Shown here: positions 48,053-58,536 of the stretch, in pieces | Layout of the letters: the number at the start of each line of letters is the position of its first letter | Numbering within the stretch: position 1 is the stretch's first letter | Source of the DNA: a virus | Taxonomy: Duplodnaviria > Caudoviricetes | IMG/VR virus record: IMGVR_UViG_3300021561_000002 | Location: 10,471-74,470 of that record | Reading direction: 5' to 3' (one strand) | Length of the DNA stretch: 64,000 nucleotides | Program-made: the position numbers and the translations under genes | Notes under the pieces: generated by a model | The model's input: the letters and a program-made list of their open reading frames with translations, nothing else | Told to the model about the DNA's origin: nothing | Databases searched by the model: none

Positions 48053-50590
48053 ATGAAGGGCTACAAGGCGAACGACGGCTTCAATGCGATGAAGGAGGAC
48101 TTTGACTTCTTGCAGGGCTCCCTGCAAGAAGGCATCAAGTACCGCTCCAAGGATATGTTCGGGGTCGGTGGCTTCATCAGCGGTGGCATCGTCACTCCCA
48201 ACGGCGTGAACCCCGACAACATTGACATCTCGGCTGGCATCGGATACGACGCCAACGGCGAGCGATTCTTCTTCTCCGCTCAGTCGGATATTGTCATGCC
48301 GTACTTGCCGGGCAACAACTATGTTCTGGTGAGTTATCAGAACTACGACGATACCCCGAAAGCCGACCCGACGTTCGGCACGCTTCAGAACACACGGACG
48401 CAAGAGCGGGCCATCATCGCCGTCAAGCCCACATACGCTCCTGGCGACTTGGATACCTACGGCAACCCCTATGTTCCCATCGCTCTCGTGACGAAGCCGA
48501 GTTCCCTCAACATCGACCAGAACATCCGTGTGGACATCTTGAGCCTGAAGTTCGACTCGGTTGATACCTCTCAAATCGTCAACTCCGCCGTCACGTTCGC
48601 AAAATTGTCAAGCTATCTCCGTCCGCTGATTTGGGTCACGGACGAACCGAACATCCACTACGACAAAGAGACCGAGACGTTTCGGACGCAGAGCGCCGGA
48701 ACGTTCATGTTGCCGGGCGGAAGCACCCTGAACACCGTGGACGGGTTCCCTATCGCTCGTGTCCCCGCTGTTCCGAACGTGATGCTTCTCACGCCGTCCG
48801 TTATCCCGGACCATTGGGACGTGTCGGTTGTCTCCGTTGCGGGTTTTAACCCAACCACTCTTTTGAAGACCCAAATCCTGCTCGGATACCTCAACGAGCA
48901 TGACCAGTTCATCAACCTGCAAGCCTCGACGCCGGACGAAATCATCCACATGTCCGAGGATGAGGCCGAGACCACTCGTGTCTCGATGCACGAGAACATG
49001 TGGCGTCGTCGCAACGAGGCGTTCCAATCTTTCACGTCCATCACCCGTGATGGGACCCCCCTCGTGGATTCTCATCTGGTGTACCAGTCCGGCACGGACT
49101 ACGTGGTCTCTCCTGGCGTGTCTCATGTGGCCGGTCGAAGGATTAGTACGACGGCCCCCGAGACCATCGGGGCCTCGAACACCGAGAACTACCCCGTTCC
49201 GTTTGCCGGAGACTATGGGCTGTGGGTCCAGCGTGAGTCTTCTGTCGGCAAGAGGTTCAGGCTCGACCAAGGCACGGTTGCGAACGCCTATCTGCTTGCG
49301 ACCGTGACCTATGACATCGCCAGTCAGGCCATCGCCACGCCGGTCGATAGGCGGAAGTTCACTCCCGTTGCCGAAATCGAGTTTCTCGAAACGGCCACGA
49401 GGAACGTCCTGTTGGGATGTAGCTTGTCCTGGAAGAGCAACACCGAGGTCATCGTTGGTCCTGGCGAGGTTGGGTTTCCCGACGGCCAGGTCCGCAAGAA
49501 TACGACCTCGAAGGTCATCAACTTCACGGACACCGCCCTCGACATCCTTTCTGCCGACGTGAGTGGCGGGCGCATGGCCGAAGGCTCCATGACTCCTTAT
49601 CGCTGGTTCTGCGTCTTCGCAACAGCGAGCCATGCTGGAAACGAGTTCAATCTGGTTGCCTCACGCATCCCCTACTTCGAGGGCGTTTCGGGCGCATCGG
49701 GGACCTATACCGGCGCTGGCTTCACGGGCTTCGTGAACGGGCAAAGGGTTCGTCTTTATAAAACGAACGCCTCGGGGCAGAACATCGTCACGACTAGCGA
49801 AAATGATTTTTCGGGCGTCACGACGGCGGGCGTCGAGGGCGAGACCATCGTGGCGTGGAACGCTGGCGGCATCAGCACGACCGGAATCTCTCCGGTTGGA
49901 AGCCTGTCCAGCGGAACAGTCGTGGCCCTGAACAAATTTTCCCCGAACCTTGCTGGCGTGACGAACTACCGACTCATCGGGTTCGTTGGGACCGATGCTT
50001 CCGGTTACATCAAAAAGTTCACGCAGGTTTCTCCCGGAAAGATGCTCATCACATCCGCCGACACTAGCGCCGCTGGTGTAACCAGCATGTATCCCCTGCG
50101 GCTTGATTGGGGAGTGGCGAGTGAATACGTTCCGTTTTTAGGGAAGACGGTGTACGGCGGAGGGCAAGGACCAAACAGTTATGGGCCGTGTGCGAAGGAC
50201 ATCGTGAAATATGCCCCTTCGTGTGCCGACTCGCTTTCCCTTCGGTTGGTGCATTACTGGAAAGACGACAGTTCGACAAACCCAACTAATGACCCGCACG
50301 GAAACTATGCTTTTGCCGGGCGGAGGATAGCCGAAATAACAGGGGCTCCTCAACATATTGTTGGAGGGTTCCAGCTTCAGCCGTGGGGCGGGCTTGATGA
50401 AATCTCAGGACGAGGCTCCGGCGGGGTCGCCATCTTTGACTGTCCGGCGTTCCAGGGCACGGTTGCCATCGAAACGACATCTTACGGATATACGAACATG
50501 TCCAGCCTGCACCTCACGATTACCGGATTTGAGTTCGACCTAAAGAAAGAGTGGAGCTTACAAACCGCTGGTGGAGGATTCTTGCCATGA
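48053..50590 (+). CDS. tail fibre/baseplate fibre protein
   Basis: 845 aa; DISAGIGYDANGER N-terminal fibre anchor. Confidence 0.65.
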   Translation: MKGYKANDGFNAMKEDFDFLQGSLQEGIKYRSKDMFGVGGFISGGIVTPNGVNPDNIDISAGIGYDANGERFFFSAQSDIVMPYLPGNNYVLVSYQNYDDTPKADPTFGTLQNTRTQERAIIAVKPTYAPGDLDTYGNPYVPIALVTKPSSLNIDQNIRVDILSLKFDSVDTSQIVNSAVTFAKLSSYLRPLIWVTDEPNIHYDKETETFRTQSAGTFMLPGGSTLNTVDGFPIARVPAVPNVMLLTPSVIPDHWDVSVVSVAGFNPTTLLKTQILLGYLNEHDQFINLQASTPDEIIHMSEDEAETTRVSMHENMWRRRNEAFQSFTSITRDGTPLVDSHLVYQSGTDYVVSPGVSHVAGRRISTTAPETIGASNTENYPVPFAGDYGLWVQRESSVGKRFRLDQGTVANAYLLATVTYDIASQAIATPVDRRKFTPVAEIEFLETATRNVLLGCSLSWKSNTEVIVGPGEVGFPDGQVRKNTTSKVINFTDTALDILSADVSGGRMAEGSMTPYRWFCVFATASHAGNEFNLVASRIPYFEGVSGASGTYTGAGFTGFVNGQRVRLYKTNASGQNIVTTSENDFSGVTTAGVEGETIVAWNAGGISTTGISPVGSLSSGTVVALNKFSPNLAGVTNYRLIGFVGTDASGYIKKFTQVSPGKMLITSADTSAAGVTSMYPLRLDWGVASEYVPFLGKTVYGGGQGPNSYGPCAKDIVKYAPSCADSLSLRLVHYWKDDSSTNPTNDPHGNYAFAGRRIAEITGAPQHIVGGFQLQPWGGLDEISGRGSGGVAIFDCPAFQGTVAIETTSYGYTNMSSLHLTITGFEFDLKKEWSLQTAGGGFLP

Positions 50591-51852
50591 GGATAGTTTA
50601 CAGTCTCGCTAATGGTGCCGTGATTGCGGCGGCTCAATGGGATTCTTACGAGCCGTCCACCGTGGAGACGTATCCGGCCTTCAACCCAAGTTATCACGGG
50701 TCTTTCACGAAGGCTCAAAACCTTCTGCCCGGAGACTTCTCCGGCGATGGCATCAAGCGATACAACGTGGACGACACCGTGACGCCAACCGATGTCGTGG
50801 AAAAGAATCACTTTACGGTCGAGTTGTCCGGTTCTCAGTTACAGCCCGCCGACGGCTCTACGAGGCTTTCCCTGACCGTTACTCATCGTGACCCGGATGG
50901 ACTGCCCCTGGCGGTCTCATCTAGCACGACGGTCAATCTCGTTGCAAACAACGGTTTCCTTGAGAACAACCAAGTCACCATCTTGTCCGGTCAGTCATCG
51001 GCTCCCTTGTACCTTTATACGGCGAGGACGAACGGCTCCGCCGTCGTGTCGGCCTATGACTCTAGCACATCGGCAACGGCTCCTGACCCTGCCATTCTTC
51101 CTGGACATTCCCCTGAGATTTACTTCGTGGCGACCGCCAGCGTACCCACCCCGATGTCTCCGCAGGCGAATCAGGGAGCCATTCCGAAGCCGGAGTACGC
51201 ACAGCACTCCCTCGTGAACTTCTACAACGGCAAGGCCATCGGTGTCGGCGTGGAAATCGAGAGCGATGTTTCCGGTAGTTCCATCGTTGAGAGCCCTTCT
51301 AACGGAAGCCACGTCCTTACGAAGTACGAGAACTCCGGCGTCCTGAATGACGTTGCGGGGTTCAACGCTTATCGAAATCACATCACCGCAGGGATGCGCC
51401 CGAGGGTGACGTTCGTTTTCAGTACCAATGGAGTGCAGACGGCGGACACGCTCATGATGTTTGGCTTCTCCAAGACAGACATCTCGGCTACCGGCGGGCT
51501 CGCCTCGGACATTTTCGTGGGGCTGAAATTCCTGGCCTCTGAAGATACCGAGTTTAGTGTCGTGGTCGGAACCGGGTCGTTTCTTAACCAGGCCGCTACG
51601 ACGGCGAAGCCCACGGACGACATCCTGTGGCGTGTTGTGTTTGAGTTCAAAACAAGCGGGTACGCCGGTCCGGGGCTTTACGTCAGTTTGCTCGGCCTTA
51701 CGACGGGGCACTCGGATGTCCTGTTTCTCGGAACTGGTTCCAACGTTCCTTCGCCGACGGAACTGATGGGCGTGTTTGCGTTTGCGAAGTGCCTCAATGC
51801 CGGGACGGTCGGAAACGTCATCTTGAAGAACGTGTACGTCCAGCACGACTAA
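50587..51852 (+). CDS. tail-associated Ig-like/receptor-binding protein
   Basis: ATG overlaps upstream TGA; 421 aa beta-rich; ADGSTRLSLTVT Ig-like segment. Confidence 0.55.
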   Translation: MRIVYSLANGAVIAAAQWDSYEPSTVETYPAFNPSYHGSFTKAQNLLPGDFSGDGIKRYNVDDTVTPTDVVEKNHFTVELSGSQLQPADGSTRLSLTVTHRDPDGLPLAVSSSTTVNLVANNGFLENNQVTILSGQSSAPLYLYTARTNGSAVVSAYDSSTSATAPDPAILPGHSPEIYFVATASVPTPMSPQANQGAIPKPEYAQHSLVNFYNGKAIGVGVEIESDVSGSSIVESPSNGSHVLTKYENSGVLNDVAGFNAYRNHITAGMRPRVTFVFSTNGVQTADTLMMFGFSKTDISATGGLASDIFVGLKFLASEDTEFSVVVGTGSFLNQAATTAKPTDDILWRVVFEFKTSGYAGPGLYVSLLGLTTGHSDVLFLGTGSNVPSPTELMGVFAFAKCLNAGTVGNVILKNVYVQHD

Positions 51853-51861
51853 GGAGACGCC

Positions 51862-52497
51862 ATGCAACTGACACGTGAGGACTGGATTGAGAAGGTCGCT
51901 CCTTTTCATTTCCCGTCGAACTACGCTCGGCCAATCCAGGGACTTTCCGCTGTGTGGAAGAACACGGTGGACCCTCTCGGCTCGTTGTTGGAGATGCTCA
52001 AGTGGGCCAGACTTGCTCCGACCTACGATTGCAACCCGGCTGTCTTCGTGGCGCAGGTTGTCTTGGAGTCGAACTTCGGTCTCAAGACGGACGCCCTGCT
52101 CGGCATCAAGGCGACCAGGGCCGACGTTGCCGCCGGGAAATACAAGCGCCTTGCTACCCGAGAGGTCTTTACCGCCGAAGAGGTGGAGAGAGTCCGAGCG
52201 GCAGGGGACCTCATCTCTATCGAGAGCGAGGTCAAAGGCTCGACACCCAGGTTGTACCGAATCCGGTGCTATCAACTATTCCACTTCGAGCCGGGACTGA
52301 CTGACGATTTCGAGCGATACTTCAGGTACTATGTGAGCCGGAAGCCCAAACGGGCTCGGTACATGAGGGATACGGAATCCTTCATCCGGTATGCTTGTGA
52401 AGAGCCATACGCCTACGCCACGGACGACAAATACGTCTCGATGATTTTGAGCGTGGTGAAGCGGTACGCCTTAGAAGACCTGAACGCATCCATCTAG
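51862..52497 (+). CDS. endolysin, GH73 glucosaminidase/FlgJ-like
   Basis: VAQVVLESNFG (catalytic E), LLGIKA, YATD motif. Confidence 0.85.
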   Translation: MQLTREDWIEKVAPFHFPSNYARPIQGLSAVWKNTVDPLGSLLEMLKWARLAPTYDCNPAVFVAQVVLESNFGLKTDALLGIKATRADVAAGKYKRLATREVFTAEEVERVRAAGDLISIESEVKGSTPRLYRIRCYQLFHFEPGLTDDFERYFRYYVSRKPKRARYMRDTESFIRYACEEPYAYATDDKYVSMILSVVKRYALEDLNASI

Positions 52498-52507
52498 GAG
52501 GAATGAC

Positions 52508-52831
52508 ATGGCGATGACGAAAGAACAGGTCGCAGAGAACATCAAGCAGGTTTCCGTTCTCTACTCTGAAATCTCCGACCTTCAAGACATCGGCTTCTCG
52601 GCCAAGGAAACCCCCGAAGGGAAATACCTTGTTATGAGCGGCAACAAGATGCTCAAGGGTATCGAGTGTGGCGTGAAGCTCCCCGCAACCCTGACCACGG
52701 ATGAAGTGACCCTCTTGGTCACGACCATGAACGAGAACGTCGATACCGCCGTGAAGTCGCTCGTGAAGAATCGCAAGCACGCCATCAAGACGATTCTTGC
52801 GGCCCTCACGACAGAGATGAGTAACGTCTAA
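52508..52831 (+). CDS. hypothetical protein
   Basis: 107 aa, GGAGGA RBS. Confidence 0.6.
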   Translation: MAMTKEQVAENIKQVSVLYSEISDLQDIGFSAKETPEGKYLVMSGNKMLKGIECGVKLPATLTTDEVTLLVTTMNENVDTAVKSLVKNRKHAIKTILAALTTEMSNV

Positions 52832-52849
52832 AATTCAAGGAGGAATAGC

Positions 52850-53134
52850 ATGGCGACGAAAAAGTGGTGGCAGAAGGTGTTGGATGCCGTGAAGGCGGTG
52901 GTGCTGTGGGCGTGGTCCGGCATCCTGTGGTTGTACCGGGCGCTGGTGAACAAGGTGAAGTTGCTCAACGGCCTCATCGACGACCTCCTGGTGGATGCGA
53001 GCGGCTGGCGGAACAAGCTCGTCATCGCCGTGTGGGTCATCGTGTGGTTCAACCCAACGAATTGGGTTTACATGGTCTGCGCCACGTTCCTGACCGGCAT
53101 CTATATGTGGCGGTACGACAGCGGGAAAGGCTGA
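52850..53134 (+). CDS. holin-like membrane protein
   Basis: 94 aa, 2-3 hydrophobic segments, near endolysin. Confidence 0.5.
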   Translation: MATKKWWQKVLDAVKAVVLWAWSGILWLYRALVNKVKLLNGLIDDLLVDASGWRNKLVIAVWVIVWFNPTNWVYMVCATFLTGIYMWRYDSGKG

Positions 53135-53138
53135 TTCC

Positions 53139-53723
53139 ATGAAGAAGGTCATCGAGTGGGTCAAGTCGAATCCCGTGGTGGCTTTGGTCTTCGTCATCCT
53201 GCTTCTTCTGCTCGCTTTCACGGGCGACAAGTTGCGGAAGACGGAGACCAAGCTGGTCACGACCGTAGAGGAGAAGAGCGTTCTCCAAAAGAATCTCGAC
53301 ATGAGCGCAAGCGAGTTCGCTGAATATAAGAAGAACGTTCAGCAAAGCTCCCGGCACTATGTCAGCTACTACGAGAATGGGAACAAGAGCAAGGAGTGGT
53401 GGATTCTCAAGTCCAACTCAAGCTCTAGCGGTTCTTCGTCCTCTTCCGTTACGGTTCATGAGGCCGTGACCATCACCGTGACGAAGGCCGTCACCGTGGT
53501 CGAGACGAGGACGGAGCAGGTCGGCCGCCAGAACCGGGTCGTCGTCAAGCTCGGGGCGACCTTGGATGCCGTCAATCCGTCCATGCTCATCAAGACCAAG
53601 GCCATCACCGGATGTAGTGTGAGGGTCTTCCGTGGTTTCGGTGCCTTCATCGACGTTACGACGCCTATCGCCTTCAAGAAGGAAGGCGTGGAACTCTACC
53701 TCGGACCTACGTTCTGGTGGTGA
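53139..53723 (+). CDS. membrane-anchored lysis accessory protein, spanin candidate
   Basis: N-terminal TM, coiled coil, Ser-rich linker, beta-rich C-terminus ending ELYLGPTFWW. Confidence 0.4.
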   Translation: MKKVIEWVKSNPVVALVFVILLLLLAFTGDKLRKTETKLVTTVEEKSVLQKNLDMSASEFAEYKKNVQQSSRHYVSYYENGNKSKEWWILKSNSSSSGSSSSSVTVHEAVTITVTKAVTVVETRTEQVGRQNRVVVKLGATLDAVNPSMLIKTKAITGCSVRVFRGFGAFIDVTTPIAFKKEGVELYLGPTFWW

Positions 53724-53724
53724 C

Positions 53725-53904
53725 ATGGCGAGAAGCTCACGAAGGAACATCCTCCGTAGAAGGCGCATGATGAAGGATATGCGTACTACGGAGGATTTTC
53801 CTCTCGTGGACCGAGTGAGGAACACACGTGAGTATCTGAGCGAGAAGCTCGGCTTCGATGTCCGTGGAACTGTTTTGAGGTTCAGACGAAAGACGGGGTT
53901 CTAA
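53725..53904 (+). CDS. small basic protein
   Basis: 59 aa Arg-rich; abuts both neighbours. Confidence 0.45.
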   Translation: MARSSRRNILRRRRMMKDMRTTEDFPLVDRVRNTREYLSEKLGFDVRGTVLRFRRKTGF

Positions 53905-54317
53905 TGAAAAACGCACGAATTGATAGATACTCCGAATACGAGAAAATCGCTGGCCGGAACCCGTGGTACGAGGTCCTCCTGTATCGGCTCCTGCTCGTGT
54001 TTGTGGATACCCTCTCGATGGCTTCCATCTTTGCGGTCATGATGACCGTCATCCTCTACAAAAGCTGGAAGGTCTTCACGTACATGGTGGACAAGCAGGT
54101 CGCTCCCTCTGTTCTCATCACGTACATCGGGATGCTGTTGGCCGTGTTTGCCACGTTCACGTTTGCGTACACCTACCTGTGTGCGAGGAAGTACACGCCG
54201 CCTATCGTGGAGGCGCTCGCCACCAGGCTTTCCGGCGGTCACGACATCGAGGTCCCGGTCGAGAACGGGAACGAAAAAACCAAGGTAGCGACCACGGCTC
54301 CTGCCGACACGAAGTAA
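53904..54317 (+). CDS. two-TM membrane protein (holin/antiholin candidate)
   Basis: 137 aa with two long hydrophobic stretches. Confidence 0.5.
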   Translation: MKNARIDRYSEYEKIAGRNPWYEVLLYRLLLVFVDTLSMASIFAVMMTVILYKSWKVFTYMVDKQVAPSVLITYIGMLLAVFATFTFAYTYLCARKYTPPIVEALATRLSGGHDIEVPVENGNEKTKVATTAPADTK

Positions 54318-54336
54318 CCTTCAACAATCAATTTTC

Positions 54337-54373
54337 TTGACACAAACTTATATCGTATGGTATAGGTATATTC
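54337..54373 (+). promoter_or_regulatory. early promoter with operator-like palindrome
   Basis: TTGACA-N18-TATAGG; TGGTATAGGTATATTC at 54358-54373. Confidence 0.7.
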
Positions 54374-54406
54374 GTTGTTGCAGTTATCTTCTCTCAGGAG
54401 GCAGTT

Positions 54407-54754
54407 ATGAAGGTTGCCACGGCTGATTTGATGAAGACGGCCGAGTCGCAGATGGCCGAGTACGTCCGCTTGAATGAGGACATCAAGGCCAAGGAAGCCC
54501 GCAAGGAGACCCTCCGGGCGTCAATCCTGGGCTTGGTCGAGGCGGGCGTGTCCGAGACCGAGAACTACTCCGCAACGGTCAACCAGCAAACCCGGCGCTC
54601 CCTGAAGGTCGATGAGGTCATCGCCAAGTTCGGCGAGGACAAAGTGAAGCCCCTCATCAAGGTCACGGAGACCAACGCCCTGTCGGTGAAGCGGAAGTCC
54701 GAGTCCATCGTGGCTCCCCCGGCTCCGTATCCCAAGAAACGTGGGAAGAAGTAA
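54407..54754 (+). CDS. hypothetical early protein (coiled coil)
   Basis: 115 aa, AGGAGG RBS. Confidence 0.65.
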   Translation: MKVATADLMKTAESQMAEYVRLNEDIKAKEARKETLRASILGLVEAGVSETENYSATVNQQTRRSLKVDEVIAKFGEDKVKPLIKVTETNALSVKRKSESIVAPPAPYPKKRGKK

Positions 54755-54755
54755 T

Positions 54756-55043
54756 ATGGCTCGCTTCGATTCATCGAAGGTGTACGGCGGAGCGGCCCGG
54801 CATTGCGGAGAGCAATGCCGGGCTATTGCCTTCGCCCCCACCAAGAAGCGGCTCCTCGAAATCACGGGGCAGTCCATAAGACACTTCAACAATTATTGGT
54901 GCGTGACTGGAAACCTGACGGAACTCAAACTCGTCCATGCGGCCCGTTTAGCCGGGGAGACCGAAGGCGTGTGGGCCGAGGTCGGTCGTTCCTTCAGCGG
55001 CAACTACACACGGGCAAATCTCGGGGAGGTTGACGGACATTGA
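54756..55043 (+). CDS. hypothetical protein
   Basis: 95 aa, packed between neighbours. Confidence 0.5.
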   Translation: MARFDSSKVYGGAARHCGEQCRAIAFAPTKKRLLEITGQSIRHFNNYWCVTGNLTELKLVHAARLAGETEGVWAEVGRSFSGNYTRANLGEVDGH

Positions 55044-55600
55044 AACTCCTGAACAATACTCCTGTCCCTGACGAAATACTAACCAGTCTGTTGACGGCCG
55101 CTGGCCGGTCCGTCGGTGCCAGGACGGCCAACGTGGTCGTCCAGGTAAATCAGGGTAGCGTAAACAGAACCTCTAGCGGAACCGCATGGCATTGTGAATG
55201 GGTCCGGTGGTCCGGCAATCGGAAGAAGACCACCAGGAAAATCTCCACGGACGGCGGAGCATTTAAGATTTCGCTCTCCATCATCCCTAAGAAGTACCTG
55301 GGCCTCGGGTTTGACAGCTATGACGGCCTCAAGGCGGCCGAGAACTTTATGCACGTGGCCCGACACGAGTGGGGGCACATCCGGGACTACCAAAACGGAG
55401 GATGGTATCGCTTGGAGTGGTCCCGTCGTGGACCTGGCGGGAGACGGGGACTCCATGACCGCCGCCCGGAGGAAATCAGGACCGAGAACTACATCTACGA
55501 ATCCGACAAGGCCCGGCGGAACCGGAATTGGGCCTACGCTGAAATCATGGATTTAGCCCTGTTTTTGGAGGCTCGAAAGTCTGTCAAGAATCTTGACTGA
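55040..55600 (+). CDS. zincin-like metallopeptidase
   Basis: ARHEWGH (HExxH) plus downstream PEE; TTG start overlaps upstream stop. Confidence 0.65.
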   Translation: MKLLNNTPVPDEILTSLLTAAGRSVGARTANVVVQVNQGSVNRTSSGTAWHCEWVRWSGNRKKTTRKISTDGGAFKISLSIIPKKYLGLGFDSYDGLKAAENFMHVARHEWGHIRDYQNGGWYRLEWSRRGPGGRRGLHDRRPEEIRTENYIYESDKARRNRNWAYAEIMDLALFLEARKSVKNLD

Positions 55601-55631
55601 CTACACCAAATCTGCTAGTATAGGTTCATCA
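55593..55631 (+). promoter_or_regulatory. sigma70-like promoter with degenerate operator
   Basis: TTGACT-N17-TAGTAT with TG extension; TAGTATAGGTTCATCA at 55616-55631. Confidence 0.65.
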
Positions 55632-55654
55632 GTAGGAACCACAGGGAGGGCACG

Positions 55655-57763
55655 ATGAACGCCGAAACCGAAAAGGACCTCTTGACCAGGATGGGAAACT
55701 ACCTGGACAGCATCGACAATGTGGTCGAGCAGAACTTCATGGGCTTCAACAAGCCCGACAAGATGGCCTGGCCCCGTGCCTGCGGCAACGTGCCTCGCAT
55801 GAAAACGGTGCTCCGCAAGTACGAGAAGCAACTCTCCGGTCGCTTCGGGGAGGACGCCTTCAACAGCATCGACTGGAAAGTTCAACTGCCCGAGTCCTAC
55901 ATCTCCCCCGAGAAGGTCCCCGGCGGCATCGCCCTGATGCTCGGCGGCAAGCGAATCTCCGGCGACAAGTTCAGCCAGTACCTCGGAATCCACCGCTCCT
56001 TCAAGGGCGAGGGCTTCCGATGGAACGGGAACAACTGGGTCGCTCCATTCTCATTCGACTTCGCCCCCTACATCGAGAAGATGAGCGCCGTCGGCATCGA
56101 AGTCCTCCCGGTCCCGGCCATCTCGGTCCAGGAGTTCGAGAAGGCGAAGGCCGACACGGAGAGCAACAAGGCCCCCAACAAAGGAGCCTCCATCGGCCTT
56201 CTCCCCGACGGTCGCTTCGCCATCCGTCACCCGTACAGCGAGAAGATGAACCAAGCCTACTGGAACGCCGAGGAGTTCGGCGGCATCGTGAAGTGGTCTC
56301 ACGAACTCAAGGCCCGCCTGGTCGGTGCTGGCGACATCGAGGACCTGCTCGACGCCGAGGCGCTCTTGAAGAAGGTCCATCCCGAGTGGACGGTCTCCAT
56401 GTCCCCCGAGGTCACGGCCGAGGTCAAGCGCATCGAGGACGCCCGTGCCGAGTACCGCAAGCCGACCCCCGAAATCCTGGGGGTCTTCAAGGACAACATC
56501 ATCCCCTTCCCGCATCAGGTCGAGGGCATCAAGCGCCTGAACGAGATGGACGGCCACGCCCTGAACGGCGATGACATGGGCCTCGGCAAGACGATGCAGA
56601 CTCTCGCCTGGGCGGCGATGAACTGCAAGAGCTTGGTGGTCATCTGCCCCAAGAACGTCCGTCGTCAATGGCTTCAGGAGGCCGACAAGTTCTTCTTGGC
56701 CGGGACCTTCAACGGCATGGAAATCGACGCCACGACCGACCCGGAGTTCATCGTGAATGCCAAGGGCAACGGTTACAACCTGCTCACGATGAACTACGAA
56801 ATCGTGAACAAGTTCAAGGACGCCATTGCGATGTGTGGGTTCGATGCCCTGGTCCTCGACGAGAGCCATCGCATCAAGAGCCTTGACGCCCAAATCACGA
56901 AGAACGTGACGGCCTTGTCGAAGAAGTTCGAGCACCACATCTTCATGAGCGGCACGCCCATCAAGAACAAGAAGAACGAAATCTTCACGCAGGCCAACAT
57001 CGTTGCCCCTGGAACCTTCACGAGCCGGGGCCAGGTCACGATGATGCCGGTCTTCGACGTGAAGGAGAGCCTGAAGAAGTTCTTCTTCCGACGGACCAAG
57101 CGGGCCGAGTTGAAGAACCTGCCGGAGAAAATCCGCACTCGCATCTCCCTGCCCAACGGCAAGGAACTGCCGGACTGGACGCCGGGCATGGAAGTCGGCG
57201 AAATCAGCGCCCTGAAGAGCGCCCTCGCCTTCGCCAAGACCAAGTACACCATCGAGTTCGTGTCGGACATCATCGAGAACACCGAGAGCAAGGTCCTGGT
57301 GTATAGCGACTCCGACGACGCCGCCGAAATCATCGCCAAGCACTTCGGGAAGAATGCCGTTCTTCATACGGGCTCCACGAGCCACGAGAAGCGTGAAGTG
57401 GCCAAGGCGGCCTTCATGAACGAGGACAGCGAAGTCCGGGTGTTCGTGGGGACCACGGGCTCCTGCCGTGAGGGCCTGAACCTGACCGTCGCTGATAAGG
57501 TGGTCTTCAACGACCTGCCGTGGACGCCCGCTGACCTGGAACAGGCCGAGGACCGGACGCATCGCATCGGCCAGAAGAACGTGGTCAACGTTTACTGGCT
57601 GACCGTGGCGGGCAATCGCTTCGACAGCCGGGTGTGCGAACTGCTGTGGGCCAAGATGGACATCTACAAGAAGGTCATCGAGGGCAAGAAGCCGACGGCG
57701 GAGGAGAAGAAGGTGTTCGAGACCGCCATCTCTGCCCAAGACCTCTTCAAGGATGCGGCGTGA
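55655..57763 (+). CDS. SNF2-family (HARP/SMARCAL1-like) helicase
   Basis: DDMGLGKT, LVLDESH, MSGTPIKN, GLNLT, QAEDRTHRIGQ. Confidence 0.92.
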   Translation: MNAETEKDLLTRMGNYLDSIDNVVEQNFMGFNKPDKMAWPRACGNVPRMKTVLRKYEKQLSGRFGEDAFNSIDWKVQLPESYISPEKVPGGIALMLGGKRISGDKFSQYLGIHRSFKGEGFRWNGNNWVAPFSFDFAPYIEKMSAVGIEVLPVPAISVQEFEKAKADTESNKAPNKGASIGLLPDGRFAIRHPYSEKMNQAYWNAEEFGGIVKWSHELKARLVGAGDIEDLLDAEALLKKVHPEWTVSMSPEVTAEVKRIEDARAEYRKPTPEILGVFKDNIIPFPHQVEGIKRLNEMDGHALNGDDMGLGKTMQTLAWAAMNCKSLVVICPKNVRRQWLQEADKFFLAGTFNGMEIDATTDPEFIVNAKGNGYNLLTMNYEIVNKFKDAIAMCGFDALVLDESHRIKSLDAQITKNVTALSKKFEHHIFMSGTPIKNKKNEIFTQANIVAPGTFTSRGQVTMMPVFDVKESLKKFFFRRTKRAELKNLPEKIRTRISLPNGKELPDWTPGMEVGEISALKSALAFAKTKYTIEFVSDIIENTESKVLVYSDSDDAAEIIAKHFGKNAVLHTGSTSHEKREVAKAAFMNEDSEVRVFVGTTGSCREGLNLTVADKVVFNDLPWTPADLEQAEDRTHRIGQKNVVNVYWLTVAGNRFDSRVCELLWAKMDIYKKVIEGKKPTAEEKKVFETAISAQDLFKDAA

Positions 57764-57991
57764 GAATCAATCCGAAGACCAACATCACTACCTGGGGCTC
57801 TCTGGCCCCAGGCGGCGCTCGTGGACCGAAGATACGGCCCGTGTCGTATATGGACTTGTATAAAAGACGGGCCATTGCGATGAGCCGGGTGTGGGGCTCT
57901 CTTCGAGCCCCTGGCAAGTCGAGCATGAGCGCAAGTCGCAAGAGATTTTTGAGGAGATGGCGAAGAGCCTCCCCGGAAAGAAGGTCGTGTG

Positions 57992-58138
57992 ATGTTTTTC
58001 GCAACGAAGGCCGTGACCTGGGCGTGCCTTGTCGGGGTTGGGGTTGCGGTCTCTACCGTCAGCCCGCAGTCGATTCCTGCGTGGGTCATCTTGCTGGTTT
58101 GTCTGTTCTACGGCCTCGGCCTGAATAGGGGTGAGTGA
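57992..58138 (+). CDS. 48-aa membrane peptide (absent from ORF track)
   Basis: MFFATKAVTWACLVGVGVAVSTVSPQSIPAWVILLVCLFYGLGLNRGE; stop overlaps next start. Confidence 0.5.
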   Translation: MFFATKAVTWACLVGVGVAVSTVSPQSIPAWVILLVCLFYGLGLNRGE

Positions 58139-58536
58139 TGAACTTCGGCGAATACATGAAAGAGTACGAGAAAGTCAAATCCGAGAAGGGTGAGGACGCC
58201 GCTGGCGTCCACATCATGCGGATGATGCTCGATGAGGTCCTGACGTGCGTAAGACTGGTCCAGACACATTCGTTCGATTCCGTGGATGAAGTCAGCGTCC
58301 GGGAGTTTACGGACGCCGTGAAGTATTTCATCGACACAGTTGACCGCATCAGGCGTGATTGGTCGAGGTTCGCATTGGATAGCAAGGGAAGGTTCCAGCC
58401 CGATGCGTTCGACAAAATCCTGGACAAGACGACCCCTGGGCTCCTGGACATCCACAAGAAGTACCACGAAGAAAGAAAGAAGCTGGAACTGAGGGCCACG
58501 CTCGAACGACGCCGGGATGGAAAAGAGAGGTTCTGA
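58135..58536 (+). CDS. hypothetical protein
   Basis: 133 aa. Confidence 0.6.
   Translation: MMNFGEYMKEYEKVKSEKGEDAAGVHIMRMMLDEVLTCVRLVQTHSFDSVDEVSVREFTDAVKYFIDTVDRIRRDWSRFALDSKGRFQPDAFDKILDKTTPGLLDIHKKYHEERKKLELRATLERRRDGKERF

Noticed and set aside
57634-58128. 164-aa ORF after the helicase
   Set aside because: Overlaps helicase and the 57992 peptide, with atypical composition; the 57760-57990 gap remains unexplained (a startless frame ending FEEMAKSLPGKKVV could be a remnant)
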